From Nageia nagi (Eukaryota; Plantae; Pinophyta), in the NCBI GenBank assembly GCA_050084985.1, contig JBITNC010000001.1, forward strand, positions 124,496,001 through 124,560,000: a stretch of 64,000 nucleotides of DNA, read 5' to 3'. Every line of letters begins with the position of its first letter. The stretch's first letter is position 1. The notes under the pieces were generated by a model, which did no database searches, was not told the DNA's origin, and was given only the letters and a program-made list of their open reading frames with translations. The position numbers and the translations under genes are program-made. Positions 40,838-54,522 of this stretch are shown here, piece by piece.

Positions 40838-41175
40838 GGACACCAAGACTTGGAATAGACTACAACCGGATTTTGCCTAATCTGGGTTTTGATAGTTTCT
40901 TCTAGATCTCCGCCAGAGGATCCGGACAGGCATCTTATCCTCAACGAGGCAGAGCCTTTTCTGTTACAGAATGTTCCCACTCCAAATCCAACATCAGAAA
41001 ATTTAGGATACGAAGGATTCGATGCCCAACAATTAAAAATCCTTCTTGGTACTAATGACAAATACGAGAGGGATGTACGATTGGTGTTGACAAGGTTGGA
41101 TGACAACAAATGAGGAGGTAAGATAGCAGTGCTGATAGTTTTTATGTTGATTAAGGAGGACGGAGACTGCGCCAT
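40838..41175 (-). CDS. GRX: Glutaredoxin (plastid class I, GRXC5/S12 subgroup), coding exon 1: Ser-rich transit-peptide-like N-terminus and start of the Grx domain
   Basis: ATG at 41175; MAQSPSSLINIK...LEETIKTQIRQNPVVVYSKSWCP; donor CC|GTAAGT at 40837 (phase 2). Confidence 0.95.
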
Positions 41176-41347
41176 GGCTACTTTTTGGTTTTCTCCGTTG
41201 GCTGGATAGTAGTCATTAGGGGTATGTACTTGCCATTCATATAGTCTGATGGATATACCAGGTTACATAGCATAGGAATGTTGTTCCATAGTGAACAGAT
41301 GATCTGTAAAGGCCCAGAGAATCTGGTACTATAATGCTAAATTTCTT

Positions 41348-42500
41348 GGAATAAATAGGTTTATGTTACGTCAACTATTTTTTCTTCTAATGATTTCATC
41401 AAATACATTATCAAACGCGTTGAATTTAGGTACTACTGTTTTATTTCCTTTCAATAGTTTCATCTTACACATGATTAAATGTATTGAATTCAAGCAAATA
41501 AATGAATAGTATTGATGAGACGTTAGATTCTACAAACCAATAAGATTTAAAAGGACATTAAACTATTTGTAATAAAAATAATTCTTCCATCTTCTTCACA
41601 TTATTTGAATAAATAGTTTTATGATATATCATTGTTCTTTTTATTCTAATGATCTTATCAAATGATCAAATGCATTGGATTTAGGTAATGAAAGAATGAA
41701 TGAGTAGTAACGATGAAATGTTAGGAATTTCTTGTATAACACAAAAAAATATTTTATTTCTTCTTTTTGTGAATAAATAATTCCATGTTCTTTCTAATAA
41801 TAGCATCAAATATATGATCAAATGTGTTGGATTTAAGCAATGAATGAAGGAATGAATGAGTGGTAATGTATAAAATAATATAATTAAATATATATTTTTT
41901 GTCTTTTTTTATTGATTTATGTTGATTAGAAATTTAATTGTTGTTTTAAATTATTTGTTGTTATTTTGATCTTACTAAGATAAATATTAAGAAAAGTACG
42001 TAATTATGATAATTTTTTAAAATTGTTATAAATAATATTGAAATTTAAGATATGTTAAATTTGTTCAAATTTAATATTAATATTTTATAAAATTATATTA
42101 CAAATGCGAATAACTGATTAATTAACAATGAGCATATACTATAGATGAAGTCAACATTTAATATCTTATAAAATTGTTGATTTGTAGAACTTATCAAGAT
42201 CATTTTTTTTATATCACCAATGTAGGGGATAGGAGTGGAACTAGGGACCTTCTATGTGAGGTTCCTTTGCACCTCACTTATCTCCAAACTCCCCTAATCA
42301 GAGGTGATAATAAAGATAACATTTAATGTCCTTTAAACTTATTGGTTTGTAGGACCTATCAAGAGTTTTTAAATATCACCAATGTAGGAGATGGGAGTAG
42401 GACTCCATACCTTCCATGTGTGTGGCTTCACATGTCACTTGTCTCGTAACTCCCCTAATAAATAAGTAATTTGCATATGATAATCATAAAGGTTTTTTTC
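41348..42500. repeat. AT-rich, internally repetitive dispersed repeat in the GRX upstream region; second copy at about 46230-46952 plus 49679-49821
   Basis: Long near-identical blocks, e.g. GAAATG(T/C)TAGGAATTTCTTGTATAACACAAAAAA and AAATAATATTGAAATTTAAGATATGTTAA, in both places. Confidence 0.85.
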
Positions 42501-42949
42501 ACAATTCTGATTTTAGAGAATCAATCTTTTTATTATTGGTTTATTAGAGATTTTTTTGTTATTGGTTTATGTGAGATTGACCTATTAAATACAAACTTAA
42601 TTTAAAATACATATCTTTACATATAGATTAAAAATTTAGAACATATAAAGTGTTATATACATTATGAAGCATTTGTATTTGCTCTTTGAGAAGCATTATC
42701 AAAGTAAGATGTATGATCTCAAAAGAGAAAAATAGACAAAGATTATAGTTTTCAAATTTTTTCTTATACCCTCACGTGGAATCAAAGCACTTATGAAAAC
42801 TTATTAACATATTGCATAGATAATGTTAATGAAATCAAATACCATGCATTGAACATAATACAAAAATGGTGACTTGTGAGAATATGATATAGTTGATAAT
42901 GTAACAAGACCAAAAAAATAAGAATTGAAGTTTATCATGCTTAAACCAA

Positions 42950-45900
42950 TGTAATTTTTTGAGATAAAAGAAATCTTTGCTAATCACATTATGGGTAGGA
43001 CACGTCCTTTTGTACATGACATTAGTGTTGTAGTGCATGGTATAGACAATGGGTAGAGGCTCCCATAGTCTCTCTGACATGGTATAACCCTAATAAGGTA
43101 GTCTAAAAAACTTATATGTGTGTCATTACTATATCACCCTACTAAAGGCTCTCCATCAAGTGAGATCCCCATATATGGGCTAACACCCTAGGTACCCAAC
43201 ATCCTTCATAAAGGATTCATTTGAGTCTCTAGTTGTTGGGATATCCCTGTGGTAAGGGGAGGATTTCAAAAAGTGGTATGCTTGGAAAAGCTACCATACA
43301 TAGAACCTCCATGAACCTTGGTAACCCCTCATACCTTTCCTCTACAATATCAAGTGAGGATTAAAATTATGCAACATAAATTTATAATGTAAGCTCTTGG
43401 CTCAAAATCACACAACTCAGTAAATACACATTATCTTACATACTTCGTATACTTTAAACCAACTCTTTAATTACACAACACCTATTCAAACTTATTCAAT
43501 TTGCTTAGTGACCTAGCAGTTGAATACAAACTCATACTTATTACTTTAGTAATCCCTCTCACTTTTAAGAGCCATGCATAATTCTCCTATATAGAAATCC
43601 ATAAATACAAATTTGACATCTCAAACTTAGACAACTCCATATGAACTTAGTGTTTTTCAAGTTGAGATTGAATTTCTCCTTACTAAGGTTAACTTCTCAA
43701 TTTTATGATTCATTTCTCCTATTCCTCTCTTTCTCTTGGCTTCTTCTTGAGTCCTTTAATTAAACCTTCATGCTCAATCTTGTTGGTTGAGTTGGTCATG
43801 TGTTGACCTTGTTATAACTTGTGTCCAATGTTACATTCATAGTACAAGACATGCATGCTATGTAATGGCCTAATATTATCTTCTATCCCATAGATTAGTT
43901 GGGCTCTAGTGGGCATTAATATAATTTGCTTTTTTCTTTACTTGGTCACTCTCTCCCCTTATGGTTCGACTCCTACTTTTTCCTCACTCACATAGATTTT
44001 ATCTCATTAAATATCCATTCTTAGTTTCTTGAAGCCCTACATGAATTTCCTTGAAGTGTCTAAATATTTCCTTCATTTATGTTAATCTTCTTCAAAGCTT
44101 TCAAACCTCTTGTGTATCATTCTCCATGTTTGTGCATGTAGATTTTTGTAGAAACATAAAATATATCTAAATAATCAAATGATTTAGGCATTTAAAAATC
44201 TTATTGCTTAATTATAATAAAAGATAACATAATGGATTAATAATAATTAACTTACAATAGCTAATAATAATGAAATAATTAACAATTTCCATAGATATTG
44301 GATCAAACCTATTCATATCAGGATCATGATCAAATATGTATACTTATCATCTTTAGTTGTGACTTGGATTAGATGTTAGATTTGAACCTATGGGGATACC
44401 AAGACCTCACAAGCAATATTTGAGGTTAAAAAGCCTCACTTATGGAGTATTAGTGCTAAGGGTCTTAGGACTAATGTCCAAGCACTTGCATTAAATAACC
44501 TTGATGAAAAATATTGCAATGAAGGTTAATTTATGGTAATCATGCAATGATAAGTTTAACCTAACAATCAATTATGTACATGCTTCCACCTCATCATGAT
44601 GATTATGTTTGAGACTCACTAGAAAAAATAAGAAGCTAGAATTATTATCACAAAAGTGAGTCTTGGGTATGTAATCACCTCATTGTGAATATGCTCAAAC
44701 ACATCAACATAATCCTTGCTCATGACATGGGGATACATTAGATACATCATCACCCTATCATAGGGCATGATCCATATCACCTATAATTGATTACTAAGAA
44801 AATTCTTTTTTTTCCCTTGAGAACCATATTTCCATCAACTTAAACATTCTTCATATGCTTCACACCACCACACATATGTTGAATCATCTCAACATGGCTT
44901 ACCTCATCTACGACTTCTACATTCTTTTAAATACCATTGTAATCATTCACATTATAGTTCCCTATCCCTTATAGGAGCTATTTTAGAAGCTTCTATTGTC
45001 TCACTTCCTTGGGAAACTAGGTGTGGTACAATCCCTTATGGTGCTACACTTTAACCTCTTGGTCAAACATCTTATTGGATCATGAATTCCTATGCTCTAG
45101 TTAAAATTAATTCTAAATAAATAAATTATCTTCCTATTTAATCATACCCTTCCATCCCCAATTATTATTATCCCTCATCCATTCTTAAGGCTTTCTTATC
45201 ATATGTATAACATACACCTCAACCATGTGTGCATGTGTCACATTCATCATATACATCCAATTACCAATAAAATCCATCTCAATTTGAAACATATGTTCCA
45301 CCTTATTCTTATGTCCAACATTAATCATAAGCTTATGCATAACTTTAATTCGAACCTTCATAAATTAAACTTCCCCTTCATATTCCTCAAAAGTCACAAA
45401 ATTAAAGACAACATACATTATAGCCACAAGCAACATACACCCTCTAAATCACCATTGATCTTAACTACCATACTTTAGATCTCCATATATATAACTCAAC
45501 AAACATATCCCACACCACCTCTATATCAACCACAACCTTCATACCCATATCCATCAAACCTCACCATACATGTGTATGAGGTACATGCTTAGGTACCTCA
45601 AGGATAAGATAGATTAAAGAATTTAGAAATGATAATCTCTAATCAAGGCCATAGAAAATATTTATACATCATAATATGTAATGAGTGCATACACTCTTCA
45701 ATCTTAGAATAATAATATCCTTTTAGGTTATATTTTCCCAAATTTGATAAATTTAAAGGGAAATAAAACACTAAATAACACATTAAGATGTTCAAATATT
45801 TATGTTATTTGATTAGTATTAATGATTCCCTCATGTTAAGAACCTTTCCTATGAATTTAGGAGGTCAAGCCTTAGATTGGTGCAATAAAATTACTTAACA

Positions 45901-45960
45901 TAACCTCTATACATTTAATAGTTTTGATTCTCTCGTACTAGAATGGCAAATTTGTTTATA
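42950..45960 (+). mobile_element. Very decayed Ty3/gypsy (Tat/Ogre-like) 5' region with gag remnant
   Basis: Gag-like FPKFDKFKGK, HIKMF, LMLRTFPMNLGGQALDW at about 45735-45900; boundaries approximate. Confidence 0.55.
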
Positions 45961-46892
45961 ATAGTTATGAATCTGTATCAAATAACATGATGAAGGTTGA
46001 GAAGATGGGTTGCTTCTATTTTAGTAAAAATTTGAAGAATAACAAGAAAAGTGTTTGGAAAGTCCAAGGGTTGGGTGGGTGTTTTTTTTGTAAGGAGGTG
46101 GTGTCTATCAAAGAGGAGATTGATTTGATTTCTTCTAATGTTTTATTGATTTCCTTCATTTGAGATTAGAGAGGTAGGTTTCAAAGGTAGCTTGTTAGAT
46201 TCAAATAATAAAAATATATTTTTTTTCTCTATATTCTTTGAATGAATAGTTTTTTGTTATATCTTTTCTTTAGTCTTCTATTCTATTTTCTACTTTTTTC
46301 TAATTCAAATGAATGAATAATAATGATGAGATGTTATCAATTCTTTTTGTATCAAAAAAAAATATCATAGTTATACATTCCGTGAATAAGTAGTTTTATG
46401 TTACATCAACTATTTTTTTCTTTTAATAATTTCATCAAATATATGATCGAATGCATTGGATTTAGGTAATATTTTTTTATTTCCTTTCAATAGTTTCATC
46501 TCATAAATGATTAAATGCATTGAATTAAGCAAACGAATGAATAGTAATAATGAGAAATTAGGTCCTACAAATAAATGGGATTTAAAAGGACATTAAAAGA
46601 CTTGCAATAAAAATAATTCTTTCATCTTCTTCACATTATTTGAATAAATAGTTGTATGATAAATCATTGCTCTTTTTATTCTAATGGTCTTATTAAACAG
46701 GTGATCAAATGCATTGGATTTAGGTAATGAAGGAATGAATGAGTAGTAACGATGAAATGCTAGGAATTTCTTGTATAACACAAAAAAATAAAATCTTTCA
46801 TTTCTTCACATTTTTTGAATAAATAATTCCATGTTACACCATTTGTTTTTCTTTTCAATCATAACATCAAATACATGACTAAATTCATTACT

Positions 46893-46939
46893 TATATTTA
46901 TATATATATATTATATATTATATATATATATATATATAT
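46893..46939. repeat. (TA)n microsatellite
   Basis: Imperfect TA run. Confidence 0.9.
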
Positions 46940-46952
46940 GTTATTGATTTAT

Positions 46953-49678
46953 TTTTTTTATTAATAAGGATAAATGTTGTATTAATAAAAAAACGTAAGA
47001 GTTTTCAAAAGTCCCTCAAAACTTTACAGAAGTTAGCCATATTTAGTTGTTTTGCTTTGCCAATTACAAAAGGGGTAACCAATATTAAGATCAAGTGAGC
47101 ACAATTTAACCTTAATATACCATAAAAAAATTATTGTGAAAAAGATATGAATAATGACATCTTCTAATTCATTTGAAATACAAAAGCCACATGAGAAAAA
47201 AAATATCCAAATTTATAGAGTTATCGGAAAGACTAATTCATGTAATGGTGTTTATAGAAGGCTATGTATTGGGCTTGGGGGATCCTTTGCTCAAAAGTAG
47301 GATGGTCACCAATTTCTTCAAAAACCTAAATAGAAGCTCCTATAAGTAACATTGCCTTAACAAGCATTCTATTTTGGATCATCTTTTCTTTAGGAGGTTT
47401 TACCACTACCAATTTTATCTTGGAGCCTTTCTAGATTGGTATTGTTACAACTTTAATCCACAATATCTTGTTCAACTTGTTTTTCTCCTCATTATTTTTG
47501 GCTACACTCTATGTTGCTACTCGATTGTTAAGCTTTTCTAGCTCCTCATCTTTCTTTGTTTCCTTATAACTCTCTAAAGCCTACTTGTAACCCAAGGGAC
47601 TGATCTTCAACTTCTTTTTTGGTACCATGGTGTCCTTACCATCAAAGATCTTATTGGTTTCAAGTACGTTACTCACATATGCACTCAACTTGCAAAAAAA
47701 GGCCTCATTATTTAGCTGCAATTATGTCTTCTCTTTTGCTACTGCACTCTATCTCTTTGGGAAATCTAGGCATACTTCTAACTTTCCCTCTCCTTATTTT
47801 ATATTATAACTTGACACTTGAGTGTTCAAAGGATTTTACTTTATGTTGACCTTAACGTTTTGTTGGCTCTTACCCCAGAGTTGCTCTATTTCTTACAACA
47901 TAGTTCCTTGATTTTAAAACTTTTAGGTGCCTTGATTGACTCTAAATCAATGAAAATTAGTGTACTTCCCAAAGGGTTTGCATTATCCTAGTTGAAGAGC
48001 CGACTCTCCTTCAAAATACTCTTCTTACTAGTATCTTTCCTATTTTCTACTAGGGAGTTCACACTGGCTACACTCTGGTCTTTTGCATTCTTAGCTCTGG
48101 TTTGGGTTGGTATACTAAGAATTTTGTCATCTTGCATAAACAATATAGAAGAGGCTTTTCTCTATGTTGATTCCTTCTCCCTTTTAATTGAGATCAGCAT
48201 TGAATTAACATCAACCTCTATAGGACTTAGGTTAACCTTCTTCACCAAGAACACCTTGATTCCCTTCCCTTTCTTGGAGCTACTTTTGGAAACTAATTGG
48301 GATGGATTGGATTTTTTAGTTTCTTAAAGCATTAGTTTTAAGATTTTCTTGGTCAATGGTAGGTCAGATTTACTACTTTCCCCAACCTCCCTAACTCTTT
48401 TCTATGAACCCTTGGCTTTGATCAACTCAGCTAAAGGGATATTATCATCATCTTCATCATTATTCCTATTTGGAGGACTGTATACCACATGCATTGTCTG
48501 AAGTACTAGGGACTTGATTATCACTAATGCCTTTATTCTTTTCAAAAACTTGGCCTCCTACCCTTACCTTGAACTTAGGAATTTTCCTATCCAAAGCCTT
48601 GAGGTTAAAAAGGAGAATTACAAACTCATGGAAAGGTAATGCAACAATATTTCATCTAAACCTTTTAATGGAATACTCTATAGAATTACAAATAAAGAAT
48701 GAAAATTTAATCTATCTATATATGGGAACTTAAAATGATTGAGCAAGTTGAAATGGTAGGCATAAACAACCCTGAATCTACCTTCAAGAGTCACATACAT
48801 CATCAGCACCTTTACTAGTCTCTTCCATGGATTCAATAGGAATTATCGACTCACACTTGAATGCATTTTTGTCAACTTAAAACACCTTTTGAAAGTCTTT
48901 ACAAATTTATCTCTAGCTTTCAACTTTCTTTCCTTGGCCTCTCTCCTGACTTCTATCCCCTCATTTTGCATGTGAATGGCTTCAACGATTATCTCTATAG
49001 AAATAATGAATTTAATACTATTGTATATGCAAGTACCTTTGTTCCAAGACTCAGCCATAGTAAAGGATAACTATTTATCAAACCCTTTGCATGCTAGGAT
49101 AAAATCTCTAGGACCACCCTCTACTAGCATCTTCCAAATCTCAGAGTCAACTTGAATTTCTGCATGGTCACTTGGTTCTATTTTAATAACTTCACCACCC
49201 ATCTCCAAAACTCTAGAGCATCCACTACTAAGGCTAAGAGTTAGATCATTGGAAATGTTTGAGGAGCCCTTCTACTTATTGAGTGAACCCAAGCACCATT
49301 CTAAGACATCATGAAACTCCTTTCATGCATCATCCATGCCTCAGAATCATGCAATCAAGTGGAGGTGCCACAAGATGTTAGCCACCTGTTCCTTTGAAAG
49401 CTCTTGGAAAGAGCACTACATCTAATCACATAATGGTTTCAAATAATCTCATAGAAGGTAAGTCAAGCACAAACTAAGATGATATTTGAATCATCACTTA
49501 AACTTGAAAAATATTGGGAGGAAAAAGATTCACATCGATCACCTTGCATCGTATATCACCCCAACATCAAATCATAATTAGATTTTGGGTTGGCTAAATT
49601 ATTGGGTATATTGGAAGAATCATTGCTTTGGCTAATATTTTTGATATTACTTTTAATATTATCCAAAACATTATGAAA
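46953..49678 (-). mobile_element. Retroposed LINE-derived fragment carrying only the accessory ORF (ATG 49202, disrupted)
   Basis: 13-bp TSD GTTATTGATTTAT (46940-46952 / 49679-49691), poly(A) at 46953; protein MGGEVIKIEP...MAESWNKG...MYVTLEGRFRVVYAYHFNLLNHF. Confidence 0.85.
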
Positions 49679-52600
49679 GTTATTGATTTATGTTGATTAA
49701 GAATTTAATTATTTTTTGTTATTTTTATCTTATTATGATAAATATTAAGAAAAGTAAGTAATTATGATCTTGTTTTAAAATTGTTATGTTATAAATAATA
49801 TTGAAATTTAAGATATGTTAATTTTATTTTTGGATGAAAAACACCTTTATGTTAATATAAAATCTCTTTCGTACAAAAAAAGGGATCAATGGGATTAAGC
49901 ATACCCCATGATCAAGCACCATTAAAAATCAAACCCCTTTAGACTAACCCTAGGTTAGGAAAATAGGGCGATAAACAACAACATAAAAAATCGTTGATGT
50001 AACAACACCAAAAAACCACTAGATCAAAATAATTAACAATAGTAAAAAAAAGGAATGACTCCTAATCATTAGCATGATAAATAATAAAATTATCAAGAGG
50101 CTTGGGGTGGTCAAAAGTTGTCTGTAATGCCTAGATGCTCTGAACCTTGGTCGCCAATGCTCAATGCATGCCATCCATCATCATTTAGAGAATTAATAAC
50201 CTAATTAAGCTCTTCCTCGGTAACATTATGCTTTGCCTTAGTAGCATACAATTGTAGGTTGTGGAAGACATTTTCACATCACCCCAACCAATTGGATTAG
50301 AAGGTGGTGGGAGAACATCCCAACCACTATAGGGGCGAGGAGAAATTGGGTCTATCAATTGACTTCACTTAGGATTCAGAAGAGGTTGAGATTAGTGGTG
50401 GCTTTGTGAAGATCCAATAGAAGTGCACCCACTAAAGAAATGTCTAGTTTGAGAAGAATGCCCATGTAATCAGGAATGATGACCATGGGCTCCATCCAAA
50501 GCAATATGGCTAATAGAGCAGGGTGCATTCCCATAATAAGCAAGTAAGTTATGTAGATGTTGAACCTCCATGTTCATGTTTTCTAATTGAACAAGTATCT
50601 ACATCCAAAAATCATAGAAAATAACATATTTATCACCAAAGAAAAGGAAGAAGAAGATTCTTATCATGCAAAAATTATATCATTCCTAACATTCCATAGA
50701 TGATATAAAATACTGACTGAAACATATGCCAGACTTTCCCCAAGGGTTCAAAAAATTATATAGGGTCCCCTAATAACACATGAACCCAAGAGTAAGGAGT
50801 GACCATAAAAGGATGAAAAAAGGATAGAATCCAACTCTAAGCAAGGAAAGCTTTAGGAAAAGACCAAAAAATATGGGTAAAACTATCAGGTCCCCATAGA
50901 AAGCATATACTGGGTTGGCCACACCCCAAATGTTGTAGCCTGTGACCAATAGGTAAACCTTGATGTAATAGAATCCAAGCAAAAAACATTTTCTTAAGAT
51001 CAATATACCAGGCCCAAATTATAGCAAACCTTAATCTCCATCTATATTGGGTGGAGACAAGATCCCATTTGTTGTTCAAATGCTCAAACATAGGGACATT
51101 GGAAAATAACTAGAGATAGCCTAATTTGGGTTTAAATTTCTACAAATACATATTATTAGTCCAACACCATTCATCCCACTAGGTCTTCTAAAAATATCAT
51201 CCCAACTTCCTCCAAATGGAAAAGGGAATTTTGCCAAGAACAACATCAAAGGTGGCTTTATCATCCTCTTGCAAATTGTACTTTTTATGAAATTCCTCAG
51301 TTTGAGAATCAAAAAACTATTTAAGAGAGTCAATTCCCTTCCTATGAAATTGAAGGACAATGAGCCACTAAACATTTTCCAAAGGAAATCCATCAAATTT
51401 AAGAACAAGAGATCACCAAACATTTAAAGAAGAAAGAGAGGCCCCTAATAAATTATGCTTTCCATTCAACTAGAGCCATGGTGTGAAAGCTTCCCATGCC
51501 TTTGAAATACTTTTTGTAATAAATGAACTAGCAATCTTGATAGGTACTTGAGCAGTAAGAATATTTTGGAGGTATAACCCCTTCCAAGAGTTCCTTACAT
51601 AAGGTAGGTCTATAGAAACATAATTTCAAATGAAAATCTTTTAGGCCTCATCACCCTCTAGGGCTCTAATTATCCATTTGGCACAAAAAGCAAATCCTTG
51701 ATTCTGGTAATAAAAAATGCCCATTCTTCCAATAGCATGAGGAAGGCAATATATATCCCACACTACTACGTGGAAGCCTCAATTTTTCATATCAAAGGCC
51801 TAAAGAAAATCTCTAAGAAGCTTTTCCAATTTTTAATAGTATAACTTAGAAGGAACCCAACATGATGAATAATACACATGAGTAGAAGCTAAAATTTTTT
51901 GTGTAAATTTGGTACCTCCCAGCAAGAGAAATATTTTTAACAGTCTAGTACCTAATCTTCTTCTCAATCTTATAAATAACAAAGTTCCAAAGCTGAGCAT
52001 GGGAATCTTGGAAGGGAAAGGGAATACCAAGAAATTTAAAGGCCTCACCAAGTTGAACCCATTTATAGGAAAAAGACTAAGCTAGTTAGGCATAGGTCTA
52101 GAAGATTGTCTAAAATAAGAAGTTTTGTACCATTGAATGCTAGAACCAGAAGTATAACAAAATGTATTCAAACAATCTAAATCTAACTTAACAAATTGCT
52201 CATCTTCATATCAAGTTAAAAAGGAATAGTTGGTAAAATGACCATTAATAAGCTACAAGGGGGAATTAGGCAAAGAAATTCCCTGAATAACACCCTACTC
52301 GACTTTGTGTGCCAAAATATAGCTAAAAGCCTCAACAACTAAGATAAAAAGAGAGGGTAATAAGGGAAACCTTGATGGATAGAGCAAGAAAGAGTGATGG
52401 GAGTATACCATACACAATTCATGGTAGGAATAGTAGAGGCATCTCTAAAGAGCATTTGGATCGATTGAATAAAAATGAGCTCAAACCTAAGAGTCTAAAG
52501 CATAGATAATATAAAATTCCACTAAATCCTATCATAGGCTTTTTCAAAATCAATTTTAATAAAAAAATCTTCTTAATAAGAGACTCTTGCTTATTCCATG

Positions 52601-54522
52601 TCTTCCCAAACTACAATAACATTATCTACGATATAACAACCTTTGAAAGAACATGTTTTCTTAGGCCGAATAATTAGTGGAAGCAAAGGCCTAAGATTAA
52701 GAGCTAAAGCTTTGGAAATAATTTTATAGCTCACATTCCATAAAGTAATAGGCCTCTATTTTGTGATGAGCTTAGGGTCTCTTGCCTTAGGATGAACTTG
52801 ATATTGCCTTTATTGATTAGCTAGCCTAGGAAGTCGGTAACCATGGCTTCCTTGTATACTTGCTAAAGATCAAGGCCAATAAAATCCTAAAATTCTTTTT
52901 ATAACTCACATGGAAAGCCATTAATTATAGGGGCTTTCTTATTGGCCATTTCAGAAAGAGTAGTCTTAAGATCCTCTAAAGAAAGAGGATAATCATAAAT
53001 ATCTCTTTAAGCATCAAAAAGCCTCAAAGGTATGATAGAGCAACACTTTTGAATAGCTTATTACCAAGCAGTAGTAATAAGTTGAGCAGAAAAAACTTGT
53101 TGGTAATGAGATACAAAGGTGTAAATAATATTAGGAAGGGAAGTGAAATGAACACCTTCTTCTTGAATGGCATGAAACTAAGTGGTATGAATAGGAGGGT
53201 GAATGCATTTAGAAAACTCCTTCGAAACTTTATCACCCACTTTGAGCTAATTCATTTTAGCTTACAACCGAGCTCCTTTAGCTTCATACAGATCAACATT
53301 TCTAATTTCATGGTGTAAAGAAGCAACATGAGCTTGAGTAAGTTGACTTAAAAGGTTTACCTCTAACTTAAGGGTGGCTCTTACAAGCTCCACCCAAAGA
53401 GCAATGTTTGCTTTCCTTCTACTCTTAGCTACCACAACACCAAGGATATAAAGAATGGAAGTAGTTATTGTGATGGAATCATTCCACCATTGAATTCTAC
53501 CAGATGTCCAAGAAGGTTGGGGAATGATATTTTAAATATGAAAAATATGGGCTTTCATATAATCACTTTGCAGAAAAGAGACATTAAGATAAAATTGGGA
53601 AGTGAAAACCCTATGAGAAGTATGATCCTAAGAGATTTTAAATAAGATAGGAGCATGATCAAACAAGGTGGTATTAGGGACAACCATAACAAAGGGGTTC
53701 AAAGGAGAAACTAGAGTAAAATGAAAGGAATCACTTTTTGATAGCATAGCACGATTAAGTCTTTTGAGAACTTGAGCATCACCACTTTGAAAGTTGGACC
53801 AAGTAAGCCACTGAGCTTCTCAAAAAGCTTCATGGGTGAAACCAAAATTGGGATAAAAAATACTTAGTTTATTTTTCATGAAAAACCAAGCCTCTCTTTC
53901 TCCCACACTCAACCACCAAGGAGATTAACTTTTCTTATCTACCTACTTTTCCACCATGTTGAAGTCCCCACATAAAACCTATGTGGCAAAGGGAAGCAAT
54001 AAAGTCATCTACATAAGGTACACCACTCTTGTGCATCATTAAAAGCATAGATATTGATAATACCAAAATGTTTACCATGCAAGTTAAGCAAAACCCAAAT
54101 TGCTTGGCAAGAAGGGTCAACCCCCTAAGAAACAATATTCAAACACCATCTTGGGGAAATGAAAGTGATAGCACCTTCACTTCTAAGAGAATGATTGGTA
54201 TGAAAAAAGGGCTCCTTAAATAAAGAAAAGAATAGATACACTGAAGAATGAAATTAACTACTTTAATCTCTTGCAAACAAACATAATTAGGATTACCATA
54301 CAAGTGAGCATCATTGGATAACTCACTACAGATTGTGTATTTATAGACTAGGTCCTTTAGTCCTCTGATATTCTAGGAATAAAAAATCATTGATGAGTAT
54401 CATATACCTGAAAGATACATGCTATCCTTAGAGTCCCCTAAATTAGCTAAGGCCTTAAAAGCATTAATATCAACTTGAGAAAAGGTAACTTGGTAGTGGA
54501 TATCAAAAGTTTGCTATCTATG

